Source: Myxococcota bacterium (lineage in GTDB: Bacteria; Myxococcota_A; UBA796; CAJQPC01). From it: a stretch of DNA of 64,000 bases. A program made the translations under genes and the position numbers. The stretch covers positions 1 to 64,000 of the forward strand of contig JAZAMN010000050.1 in the NCBI GenBank assembly GCA_036229005.1. The letters are read 5' to 3'. The stretch's first letter is position 1. Each line of letters opens with the position of its first letter. The notes below the pieces were generated by a model, which worked only from the letters and a program-made list of their open reading frames with translations, had not been told where the DNA came from and searched no databases. Shown piece by piece: positions 1 to 8,979 of the stretch.

Positions 1-994
1 GGGCCGCGGGGGGCTGCTCGTCAAGCTGGGGGCGGGTGGCCTGGGGCACCTCGGGGGCGGGGGCTTCTCGGCGCACTCGCCGAATGAAGGTGCTCGCCCC
101 CATGCCGTGGTACGCCAGGACCGGGCGTTGACGCTGCGCAGGCTGACGAGGTGCAAAGCGAGGGCCGGCCGAGCTGCCTCGCTCACCCGTCGACGGGGCA
201 TCCAGCGGCTTTGGGGCGCGGAGCCCAGCGGCTTGGGTGGTCTGCGCAGGAGCGCTCACCGGGGGCGCAGCGAGCGGTGGAGCGACCACGCGGGCAGCAG
301 AGAACAACGCCTGCGCCGTCGGGCTGCGCAGCGGGTTTCCCTCTGGGGTGCGTTGGCGGGCCAGTGGCAGGCGCGTCAGCGCTGGGTCCGCCTGAGGGGC
401 GGGCGGCTTGAGAGGCGGGGGACGGAGGGGGCTTGAGGGAGGGCTCGGGCGCCTGTCCTCACCGCCTGGAACCGGGGCAGTCGCCTCAGATGGTCCACCG
501 ATGGGCGTCGGCGAGGTCGACGGAAGGGTGACCTCGCTTGCGGGCTTCCGCTTCCTGGAGATCTCCGTCTGGTCGGGGGGCCTGAGCGGTGCACGCTGTG
601 GCTGGGCTGGAACAGAGCTTCCTCCTCTCCCCAAAGGAGGCGGACTCTGACGTGGCCTGGGCGCCAGGGGCGGGGGGACCGGGGGGGCGTGGGGGGCCAC
701 ACCCGGGAGCCCTCCGCCACGCCAGGGGGCACGCATCCCCACTGCGCGTGCTGCCTTGTTGACCGCGCGCTGCTCGGCAGGGGCGTAGACCGGCGTCGAA
801 CCCCATGGGAAGGGCATCGCAGCCGGGGCGCTGCGCAGACCGATCCAGTCCATACCGGGGTCCATTCCCCACCAGGCCATGTGCCCGCCCCAGGGGATCG
901 CGTTGCGCCAGAGCAGACCGCTGAGCCAGCTCCAAGGGGTCAGGAGCCCGGTCCGCCATCCCAGGGAGCTGCGCTTGAGGGAGTCTGGCCTCAC
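1..994 (-). CDS. Pro/Ala-rich low-complexity protein, last visible gene of the CIS operon (3' end beyond the window)
   Basis: Read manually; not in the ORF track because it has no stop inside the window. GTG at 994 overlaps the upstream TGA (GTGA) and the frame stays open to the edge: MRPDSLKRSSLGWRTGLLTPWSWLSGLLWRNAIPWGG...APPVPPPLAPRPRQSPPP... Confidence 0.6.
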   Translation of the reverse strand, partial: MRPDSLKRSSLGWRTGLLTPWSWLSGLLWRNAIPWGGHMAWWGMDPGMDWIGLRSAPAAMPFPWGSTPVYAPAEQRAVNKAARAVGMRAPWRGGGLPGVAPHAPPVPPPLAPRPRQSPPPLGRGGSSVPAQPQRAPLRPPDQTEISRKRKPASEVTLPSTSPTPIGGPSEATAPVPGGEDRRPSPPSSPLRPPPLKPPAPQADPALTRLPLARQRTPEGNPLRSPTAQALFSAARVVAPPLAAPPVSAPAQTTQAAGLRAPKPLDAPSTGERGSSAGPRFAPRQPAQRQRPVLAYHGMGASTFIRRVRREAPAPEVPQATRPQLDEQPPAA

Positions 995-1152
995 CGCATC
1001 CGGTCCCGAAGACGACGACGATGCTCGTCTTCCGCCTCGCGCTCAGAGATCAGCTCCGCCAAGGCCTGGATCAGGTGTTGGCGTGCGCTTCCGGTGGGGA
1101 TGGCGTCCTCGCGCTTGGGGCCATCACCCTTCTTGGCCTTCTGCTGGCTCAC
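991..1152 (-). CDS. 53-aa hypothetical protein
   Basis: Manual translation MSQQKAKKGDGPKREDAIPTGSARQHLIQALAELISEREAEDEHRRRLRDRMR; GTGA overlaps at both ends indicate translational coupling. Confidence 0.6.
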   Translation of the reverse strand: MSQQKAKKGDGPKREDAIPTGSARQHLIQALAELISEREAEDEHRRRLRDRMR

Positions 1153-2771
1153 TCCGCAGGCGGCGCCTCCATGCCCTCGGCACCCTCACCGTCGGCCTCC
1201 TTGCCGGCGTCCTTGCCCGGCCAGTAGGCGACGCGCTCTTCTGGGAGGCGGGCCCACAGATGGTTCAGGCGCAGCAGGCCACCGACCAGGAGGATGAACA
1301 GGCCGGTGATGGCCGCCATGAAGACGCCCTGGTGGGGGGCGCGCTGACCCATGGAGGCTTGCATGAAGGTGGGGGCGTCCGGGCTGACCAGCGCGATGGG
1401 CTTGCGACCGGAGAGCAGACCTGTGGTGTAGCCCCAGGCGCGGGTCTGCCCGTCGTGGCCCGCGAGCGAGGTGCTCAGGTTGGGCCAGGCGGCGTCTTCT
1501 CCCGCGGCGGCTCCCTGGGGGGCGACCTGGATGAACAGGGCTTCGGGGTGGTCCATCACCCAACCCACACCGTCAAAGGTTCCGTCCAGGGTGGTGCGCA
1601 TCGAAGTCGCCAGGATCTCCTGTTCGTGGCCCTGGTTCTCGGCCTTCTCGGCGTCCTCGATACGGCGGATGGCCTCCACGAGCTGCCAGTTGGGAATCAG
1701 CAGGACCGTGTAGCGGCTGCTGTCTCCGCGGGGGCCCACCTGGGGGTATGTGTGGGGCACCATGGCCAGGACGTCCTTGAGGCCGTACTCCTGACCGAGG
1801 TTGGCGTCCGCGTCGGGGCCCGGCTCGATGGGGTCGTAGAGCTTGCCGGAGAAGAGGTTCTCCTCGCCGTAGTTGACCTCCAGGCCGATCTCCTCGTCCA
1901 GCTCGCCCTCGCCGATGGTCACCCGCAGGATGTTCCAGGTGGCCTTGAGCGGGGTGGGGGCGTCCCAGGGCAGCTCGGAGGACAGGCGCAGCGGGATCAG
2001 CTTGTGGAAGCCGCGTACGTCGTCGCCGATCGCACGCTCGGGCGGGCAGATCCGAAGCCCGGCCCCCCACACATCCGCGGGCACCAGGCCCAGGGAGCTC
2101 TCGCCCTTTCCGGAGCCTTCGCCGGTGAGCTTGCGCCAGCCGTTGACCTCTTCGGGGGTGGAGGGCACAAAGCAGGCGTCAGGCGGACCGACCAACGCGG
2201 GCACGGGGTGGCCCTGACCCGCGAAGAACTTCCGGTCTCGGGGGACCTTGGCGCTCTCGCTGCGGTCATCCAGGAGGAAGGCCTGGCGGAGGTCGGGCCC
2301 GGAGCCGCCGGTCCAGCCTCGCCCGGTCTTGTGCTCCATGCACAGCTCCATGGCGAGCTGGGTGCGCACGAGCTGCTGGTAGCGCTCCTCACCGCCCTCG
2401 ACCAGGGCGGCCATGTAGCGGGGCATCACGGCGGGCTGGAGCTTGACGGGAGCGTACTCGCCGTAGCCCAGGCCGACAGACAGTTGGTCGTCCCGCAGGG
2501 GAGCTTCGCTGCCGGCGGTGTTCTCCAGCACGATGGCCAGAGTGGGGGTGAGCCGGTTGGCCACTGCGGTGGCCTCGAACACACCCAGGCCGTCCGGGCG
2601 CTTGGCCGGGCCGCAGCTCTTGGTCATGCCGCTGGCGGCCTGCCAGGCGTAGTCGGCGGCGGTGTCAGGGACCATTCCGGTGACGGCGGTGGCGTCGTAG
2701 ACACCGACCAGGGTCCAGCCGGCGTCGGCGGGGTCAGCGGCCAGGGCCGCTCCGATGAGGGCGAGAAGCAT
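1149..2771 (-). CDS. Hypothetical exported protein with N-terminal signal peptide and C-terminal TM anchor (CIS-associated)
   Basis: 540 aa; starts MLLALIGAALAADP; hydrophobic GVFMAAITGLFILLVGGLL near the C-terminus; 3 nt from the upstream gene. Confidence 0.75.
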   Translation of the reverse strand: MLLALIGAALAADPADAGWTLVGVYDATAVTGMVPDTAADYAWQAASGMTKSCGPAKRPDGLGVFEATAVANRLTPTLAIVLENTAGSEAPLRDDQLSVGLGYGEYAPVKLQPAVMPRYMAALVEGGEERYQQLVRTQLAMELCMEHKTGRGWTGGSGPDLRQAFLLDDRSESAKVPRDRKFFAGQGHPVPALVGPPDACFVPSTPEEVNGWRKLTGEGSGKGESSLGLVPADVWGAGLRICPPERAIGDDVRGFHKLIPLRLSSELPWDAPTPLKATWNILRVTIGEGELDEEIGLEVNYGEENLFSGKLYDPIEPGPDADANLGQEYGLKDVLAMVPHTYPQVGPRGDSSRYTVLLIPNWQLVEAIRRIEDAEKAENQGHEQEILATSMRTTLDGTFDGVGWVMDHPEALFIQVAPQGAAAGEDAAWPNLSTSLAGHDGQTRAWGYTTGLLSGRKPIALVSPDAPTFMQASMGQRAPHQGVFMAAITGLFILLVGGLLRLNHLWARLPEERVAYWPGKDAGKEADGEGAEGMEAPPAE

Positions 2772-2774
2772 GGT

Positions 2775-4235
2775 CTACACCTTCACGTAGTCTTCGAGCT
2801 GCGGGGGCCGGAACGCCTCCGCGTCGTAGCGGCTGTAGATGGGGGCGCCGATCTCCACCTCGTAGGCGCGGGCGACGCCCTCGCTGCTGGAGATCAGGAT
2901 GTCGCCGTCGCGCAGGGTGGCGGTGTCGACGGTGCCGTCCAGCACCTGCAGCGTCCCCTCCGGGACCTTCTGGTCCCAGCGGTAGGTCGCCTTGCGCTTG
3001 CGACGGGAGAGATTGGGGGGCACGTAGGCGCGGAGGATCACCAGGCGCCGGGTCTGCACGTCACCGGCGTCGAGCTGCTGCACGTCCTGGCCGGACTGCA
3101 GGCGGATGGTGATCTCTTCGTCCTGCACCTCCAGGGTGAGGGGATCCGGCTCGAAGGCCGCCTCTCCGAGCACGTGCTGGGGGACGAAGGGGGGGCGCTT
3201 GGGCCACAGATCCCGGATGGGATCGTCCAGGTCCCCGATGCGGGCCTCACGGACCGGCACCACCCAGGCGTGCACCAGGTTGATGCGCCGGGTCTTGTTG
3301 GGGTTGAAGCGCAGGGCGCCCTCGGTGGGCTTCTCGAAGCCGACCGCCTCGCCATCAGTGGTGTTGTCCTTGCCGCCGGTGGGGACGACCTCCCACAGCA
3401 TGCAGGCGCGCGCGACCGCGATCGGCTTGGGCCAGATCACCGCGGCCCAGACGCAGATGTGCGCGACGCCGATGAAGGCCTGGGTGAAGTCCAGGGGACG
3501 GACCGCATCGCCGAGGACCTTGAAGACCAGCATGAGCAGCGCCATGCCGATCCCGGGGCCCAAGGAGGCGAGCAGGAAGGGGAAGCGGTCGGGGGTCCAG
3601 GCCTTGCCATCCTTGCGCCCGGCCGCGCGACGCTGCCGGTTGTCCTGGGGACGGCGGGCGATGGTGGCGGTGACCAGGAAGCTCAGCCCCAGCATCACGC
3701 TGGAGACCACGACGTCGCTGACGATGGGCATGCCCAGGCGACGGACAAAGCCCATTCCGAGGCAGAAGAGGGGGAGGAGGATCAAAAAGCTGACCCACTT
3801 GACCACACCCTTGGGACCGGGAGGCGTCCAAGCCGTGCGTCCCTCATGCCGACCCAAGGCGAGGAAGATGGGGGTCACCAGCGTGAGCACGGAGCCGACG
3901 ATCAGGTAGGCCGGCTCCTTGACCGCGGTCGCATCGTGCCAGAACAGGCAGGTCAGGGGCACCACCGACATCGCGATGGTCCGGTAGATCCGTCCGGTCT
4001 TGGTGTGCTGGACCGTGAGCTGCGGGTGCGGACCGTTGCCGATGGGGTAGCCGCGGAGCGCTGTGGCGATGGCCAGGGTGAGCATCATCCAGGGCATCAG
4101 GTCGTCGCGCCCCAGCGGGTTGCCGACAGGGACCAGGGTCTGGGCGCCCGTCAGAAGCATGAAGAGCACCAGCAAGCCGATGTTCTCCAGGACTCCGCGG
4201 CGAGCCCGGCGGAAGATGGCGCGGAGCGTGCTCAT
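2775..4235 (-). CDS. Hypothetical polytopic membrane protein (~8 TM) with soluble C-terminal domain (CIS-associated)
   Basis: 486 aa; eight hydrophobic segments in the first ~270 aa; ATGA overlap with the upstream gene. Confidence 0.78.
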   Translation of the reverse strand: MSTLRAIFRRARRGVLENIGLLVLFMLLTGAQTLVPVGNPLGRDDLMPWMMLTLAIATALRGYPIGNGPHPQLTVQHTKTGRIYRTIAMSVVPLTCLFWHDATAVKEPAYLIVGSVLTLVTPIFLALGRHEGRTAWTPPGPKGVVKWVSFLILLPLFCLGMGFVRRLGMPIVSDVVVSSVMLGLSFLVTATIARRPQDNRQRRAAGRKDGKAWTPDRFPFLLASLGPGIGMALLMLVFKVLGDAVRPLDFTQAFIGVAHICVWAAVIWPKPIAVARACMLWEVVPTGGKDNTTDGEAVGFEKPTEGALRFNPNKTRRINLVHAWVVPVREARIGDLDDPIRDLWPKRPPFVPQHVLGEAAFEPDPLTLEVQDEEITIRLQSGQDVQQLDAGDVQTRRLVILRAYVPPNLSRRKRKATYRWDQKVPEGTLQVLDGTVDTATLRDGDILISSSEGVARAYEVEIGAPIYSRYDAEAFRPPQLEDYVKV

Positions 4236-7200
4236 TGGCCCTCCTCCTCTCCAGCGCGTTCGTACTCGGCCAGGGTGGCCTCAACCGTGCGAAGCGCCTC
4301 GTCAACGCCCATGGCGCAGGGGTAGTCGATCTGGCCCTCGGGCAGGTTTCCGCCTGGGCTCATGTAGGGGTGCACCACTGCGCACCAGGGACCATACTCC
4401 TGGGCGACCTGCCGCAGCGGAGTCGCGGCCAGGTCGTCGATGCTCAGGCTCCAGGCCTCCCGCCACTCGTAGCGGGCGGAGCCCTCGCGACCCATCGTCT
4501 GCAGCATCATGCCGGTGAAGCACTGGACAGCAGCGTGTCCACAGGTGTTCTTGGAGCGGGAGCGGCCGTAGCTGCTCAGGTTGTCGGCAGCGGTGGAGGC
4601 CAGGCCTCGGCCAGGGTAACCACCGGCGATCTGGCTGCTCGTGCTCGTCTCACCGGCCCAGCTACGGGGGCTGCGGGAGCCGACCAGGTAGCCGGCCTCG
4701 CCGGGGGGCATGTAGTTCTGGGCGATGAGGTTGAAGGCACAGACCTGCGCTGCGGTCGGACAGATCCAGACCTCGTCGTTGCCGGCTCCGCGAGCGCCCT
4801 CCGAGTAGGGGTAGGGCATCCAGGCGCCGGGCTTGTTGCCTGCACAGCGCTCCACCTTGGGGTTGTCCTCGGTGTCGGCCATCCAGCGTCCGCGGCTCTG
4901 GTTCCAGGGCAGCAACAGTCTGTCCGTACTCCCACGCCGGCTACGAGGAGCGGCGCCAGGGTCGGTAGGGTCGCGGCGAAGGCAAGCGCCAAGGTCTCCG
5001 TCACGGGTGACCCAGGAGTCCTGGGACTCGCTGCTCTTGACGTTGTATCGGGCTGCACAGACCTGGGCGCAGAGCTGCTGCTCGGAGCTCACCCAGGCCG
5101 AATCGTCCAGCTCCGCCAGGAGCGGGTGGACCGGCTGGTAGGCCACGGCGCGCTTTTCGATGAGCTCCCAGCACACCCCGGGGCCAGCCGCCTGGTTCTC
5201 GTCGATGTCGCGGTACACAGCGTCGAAAGCGAGCTGGGTCTTGACCGCCCGCCGGCCGCTGGGGTCGTAGCCGCTGCCGGTGATGACGGGCGCGTACTGG
5301 TCCCAGAGGCTGAGCTCGGACTGGTAGGAGGGCTCACCGGTGGTCAGCTTCTCGTGACACTGCCAGACCTCGGGGGCCCCGCCCATGCCATCCTCGCCGA
5401 AGCGGGCGGTGGCGTAGCGGCTCACGAGATCGCGCTCCTGGTCGGGGTCTCCCGCCAGGGCCTGCCAGGCCTTGAGCCCGTTGAAGTAGCTGTCCCGGAG
5501 GTCGACCTCGCCGCAGAGCTCCTCGTAGCGCTGACCACTGACGCCTTCGCTGGCGCCGTAGCGGAAACAGCTCGCCATCTTCTCAGGCAGGTCAGCGGTG
5601 GAGGCTGTGACGATTGCTCGCCGGAGGGCGGCCGACTCGGACTCCTTTGCCTCGGGGTCCTCGGCCATCGGGGACCCCACATGGGTTGCGACCGCGGCGC
5701 CCTCGATGGTGAACTCGACGCGGCTCCGGTAGGTCTCGCAGGCCTGGTCCAGGTCCTTCATCAGCGCCATCAGAGGCTGAATGCCCAGGGCCTTGTCCTT
5801 GAGGAAGCGGTCCGGGTCAGCGACGGGGGACTCCAGCGCCAGGTCGTAGTCCCACTTCTGCTCGTAGGCGAAGGGCTTGTCGAGCACGTTGAAGCACGCC
5901 TGCGCCGCAGCGAGCTGGGCGTAGTTGTACTTGCGGTCCGCGTCGTTGGGCGGCAGCCAGGGGTAGTTCCCTGCCTGACCGTCCTGCTGTCGGTCCAGGA
6001 GGCCGCAGTAGCTGGCTTGCAGATCGTCAAAGCTGGGCCCTGCGCTGGGACCGGAGTCTCCGCAGTCGGGGTCGCTCGGGTCCGCGCCGTCGGCCATGCG
6101 GCGGATCTGGCAGCGGAACTCATTGACGAAGGCCGCGTGATCGGCCGAGCACAGCGACAGCGCTGGCTGGGGTGCCAACGCGGGAGGAGGCGTCGTGGCC
6201 TGAGGTGTGGGCTCAGCGAGCCAGGCAACGGTCACGGCCAGGAGCAGGATGAGGAGGAGGTTGCCGGCTGTCAGGGACAGGGCAAGCATCACCTTCTGCC
6301 TCACGGGGTTCGAGACATCTCGCTCCGTCAGGGTGCCAGCGAGGACATCTTCAGGCAGGGGAGGCCAGATCCCGAGATCACGGGTCAGCCAACCGGTGAT
6401 GGGAAACGCCACCCGGCCGCCAGGGAGATCCAGGGGGGAACCCCAGCCGTGGGCGCTGGGGCCCTCGTCGAGGCCCTCGTCATCCATCCAGGCGCTCATC
6501 GCTACCGGGGTGCGGGGGCCACCCTCCTGCCAGAGGGACCAGCGAACGACCTCGAAGGCGCCGTGGTGTGCCTTGGAGTCGTAGGTCAGCTTGCCCTTGA
6601 CCACGCACACCAGCGAGCGCTGCAGCGGGAGCCCCGCCCAGGGGTCCTCGAGCTCAGCGACGGTCTTCGTGGCGTTCGTGGGGGTCTCGTTCTCCTCGGA
6701 GACATCGTCCTCGGGCTGGACCTCCTCTCCCCAGAAGTCGCCTGCGTCACCGGTCTGGTCGTCGCCGTAGAAACCGCCGGTCTCGCCGTAGAAGCCACCG
6801 ACCTCCTCCTCCATGAAGGAGACGGGGTCCATCCAGCCCTCGGCCTCGCCCGCCTGGGCATCTTCGTCCGAGATGGTCTTGGTGGGGACACCGGGAGGGG
6901 GCAGCACCGAGCGCGATGCCAGGAAGCCTGGCCACTCAAGTACAACTCGGGGCGTCCAGGTGTCGCCCACGCGCCCAGCCACGAGCAGGTTCTTCCACCA
7001 GACCTCTTCGGTGGCGGCGTCCAGCAGGTGGTTGACCAGGGGAGGGGTCTTGTCCGGTGGGCCAGCGGGGCCGACCTCCAGGTAGTTCGCTCCGTGGACG
7101 AGCCAGAAACCTGCGATGCCAGGCTCGTCGCGCACGTCGACGATGACGTAGATGCCTGCCTCGGCACCGGTCGACGGCTGATCCAGGACGCCACGGCCCT

Positions 7201-7306
7201 CCCGCTCCTTGAGGGAGATGTTCACTTCGGCGAGGGCGTTCCGCGCGCTCGAGGTCGCGTTCTGCTCGTCGAAGGGGAAGGGGCCGGCCAGGATGAAGTC
7301 GGACAT
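4232..7306 (-). CDS. Large single-pass membrane protein with Cys-rich extracytoplasmic domain (CIS-associated)
   Basis: Start moved to ATG 7306 (TGATG overlap; MSDFILAGP), 1024 aa; one TM VMLALSLTAGNLLLILLLAVTVAWLA; about 20 Cys after the TM. Confidence 0.78.
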   Translation of the reverse strand: MSDFILAGPFPFDEQNATSSARNALAEVNISLKEREGRGVLDQPSTGAEAGIYVIVDVRDEPGIAGFWLVHGANYLEVGPAGPPDKTPPLVNHLLDAATEEVWWKNLLVAGRVGDTWTPRVVLEWPGFLASRSVLPPPGVPTKTISDEDAQAGEAEGWMDPVSFMEEEVGGFYGETGGFYGDDQTGDAGDFWGEEVQPEDDVSEENETPTNATKTVAELEDPWAGLPLQRSLVCVVKGKLTYDSKAHHGAFEVVRWSLWQEGGPRTPVAMSAWMDDEGLDEGPSAHGWGSPLDLPGGRVAFPITGWLTRDLGIWPPLPEDVLAGTLTERDVSNPVRQKVMLALSLTAGNLLLILLLAVTVAWLAEPTPQATTPPPALAPQPALSLCSADHAAFVNEFRCQIRRMADGADPSDPDCGDSGPSAGPSFDDLQASYCGLLDRQQDGQAGNYPWLPPNDADRKYNYAQLAAAQACFNVLDKPFAYEQKWDYDLALESPVADPDRFLKDKALGIQPLMALMKDLDQACETYRSRVEFTIEGAAVATHVGSPMAEDPEAKESESAALRRAIVTASTADLPEKMASCFRYGASEGVSGQRYEELCGEVDLRDSYFNGLKAWQALAGDPDQERDLVSRYATARFGEDGMGGAPEVWQCHEKLTTGEPSYQSELSLWDQYAPVITGSGYDPSGRRAVKTQLAFDAVYRDIDENQAAGPGVCWELIEKRAVAYQPVHPLLAELDDSAWVSSEQQLCAQVCAARYNVKSSESQDSWVTRDGDLGACLRRDPTDPGAAPRSRRGSTDRLLLPWNQSRGRWMADTEDNPKVERCAGNKPGAWMPYPYSEGARGAGNDEVWICPTAAQVCAFNLIAQNYMPPGEAGYLVGSRSPRSWAGETSTSSQIAGGYPGRGLASTAADNLSSYGRSRSKNTCGHAAVQCFTGMMLQTMGREGSARYEWREAWSLSIDDLAATPLRQVAQEYGPWCAVVHPYMSPGGNLPEGQIDYPCAMGVDEALRTVEATLAEYERAGEEEGQ

Positions 7307-8979
7307 CAGCGCTCCACCGGGGTCTCGACGAGGACCAGGGCTTGCTGCCGGAGCAGCTCGATCTGTTGCCACTCAAGCCAGGCCCACTCGGAGATGGAGT
7401 CGCCTACACCGCGATCCATGATGGGCTCGGCGCCGGCCTTGTTCATGGGCAGGCGGACGAGGTCCAGCGAGCCCTCGACCGGAGTCATCTCCTCGGGGGG
7501 AGTCAGATCCTCCCGGGCGGCCTGACGGCTGGCATAGGCCAGAGGGATGGTGCCTGCTGCTTCCTCGTCCTCCTTCTTGAGGCGGTCCGTGGAGAGCCAT
7601 GCCCGCAAGGCATCGCCCTCGACGCGCGGGACCCAGAGGCCCTGCCGCTTCTTCTCTGACTTGGGGGGAGAGACGGGGATCCACATGGTGAAGTGGCTGT
7701 TCTGCAGGACGGGGGGCCGGTTCTCGGCAAAGCTCATCTTGGAGCCGGTCCAGAGGTCCAGAGGGAGGAGGCCGATGTCCAACTGCAAGGTCAGATCCTC
7801 ACCAATGTGCGGGACGATGTCCTTGAGCCTCATGGGACCGATCGCCAACGAGGCCCGGCGGGTGGGCGTTGCGTAGGTCAGCAGGTGGTTCACGCGGCCG
7901 AACCAGACCCAAGCGGAGATGCGGGAGGCCCGGGTCATTGCCAGTTTGGCGGCGTCCTTGGCCTCACCGTTGGCTGCAGACTCCCAGTCCTTGAGCTTGT
8001 CGTGGATCAAGGAGAGAGCCTGGGCCACGGTGATCACGGCGGGAAGGGTGATGCGACCCAGGGTGACCCAGCGCTCCTGGCCTGAGATGCGGCCGTCAGG
8101 GGGGATCGGGCCGCCGCGGACCCAGGCGTTGGTGTCCATGCGCTCAAGCCCATTGAGCACGTCAACGTCGCCGGAGAACAAGGTCACCACCGTGAAGGTC
8201 AGTTCGTCCTTGGCCTTGGCGAAGGGCTGGTGGCAGCGAACGCATCGCTCGCCGGGGAGCCACTTCTTGTCGCCCGAGTAGAGCTGCCCACAGGTCTCGC
8301 CCCAGAAGGTGGGGTTGCCGCAGGCCACGACGTTGTCGGGCTCGGCCTTGGGCTTGCCTGCGGAGGACTTGATGCCCTGGGAGGGGGCCAGGCGCAGGCT
8401 GTCGAAGAGCCGGGAGGGCAGGGTGCTCGCCCGGATCTTCTTGTCTCGGAATCCGAGCACAGAGATCGCTGCGATCAGGGCCAGGAAGACCCAAAGGGCC
8501 GGGGAGAGGTCATCCGGGAATGGAGGGCGGAAGATGACACCCGGCAGGTAGGGGTTGCCCGGAACACCGCCGACCTGACAGACCGTGTTGGCAGCAGCCT
8601 CGGTCACCATGTCGGTGGCCTGGACCACCGCACCGCCGAGCTCGACGCACTTCTCTTCGAAGCCCGCGGCGATCCGCCTGGGCAGGGCAAAGAGGATGAT
8701 GGCGTTGAAGATCACCGACACCAGGATCATTGACCAGGGGTTCCGCCTGCGCAGCAGGAAGAACTGTCTGGAGATCATCCACCCGGTCAACGCGACAGCG
8801 ACGCCGAGCACCACCGCGAGCTCCACGCCTGTCGGAGGACGGACGGGGGAAGGGGTGGTGAAGAGCTTCGACAGAGCGAACCACGCACCGCCAGCCGCGA
8901 GGAGGGGAAGCCCTGCCTCGTAGCCGGCCTCGACGGCCCGCCAGGTGCCGAGCGCCTTGACCGGATCCGGACCGCTCAC
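7306..8979 (-). CDS. Hypothetical 4-TM membrane protein with putative Zn-binding Cys cluster (CIS-associated)
   Basis: 557 aa; four N-terminal hydrophobic helices; CGNPTFWGETC...CVRC; GTGA overlap with the upstream gene. Confidence 0.75.
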   Translation of the reverse strand: MSGPDPVKALGTWRAVEAGYEAGLPLLAAGGAWFALSKLFTTPSPVRPPTGVELAVVLGVAVALTGWMISRQFFLLRRRNPWSMILVSVIFNAIILFALPRRIAAGFEEKCVELGGAVVQATDMVTEAAANTVCQVGGVPGNPYLPGVIFRPPFPDDLSPALWVFLALIAAISVLGFRDKKIRASTLPSRLFDSLRLAPSQGIKSSAGKPKAEPDNVVACGNPTFWGETCGQLYSGDKKWLPGERCVRCHQPFAKAKDELTFTVVTLFSGDVDVLNGLERMDTNAWVRGGPIPPDGRISGQERWVTLGRITLPAVITVAQALSLIHDKLKDWESAANGEAKDAAKLAMTRASRISAWVWFGRVNHLLTYATPTRRASLAIGPMRLKDIVPHIGEDLTLQLDIGLLPLDLWTGSKMSFAENRPPVLQNSHFTMWIPVSPPKSEKKRQGLWVPRVEGDALRAWLSTDRLKKEDEEAAGTIPLAYASRQAAREDLTPPEEMTPVEGSLDLVRLPMNKAGAEPIMDRGVGDSISEWAWLEWQQIELLRQQALVLVETPVER

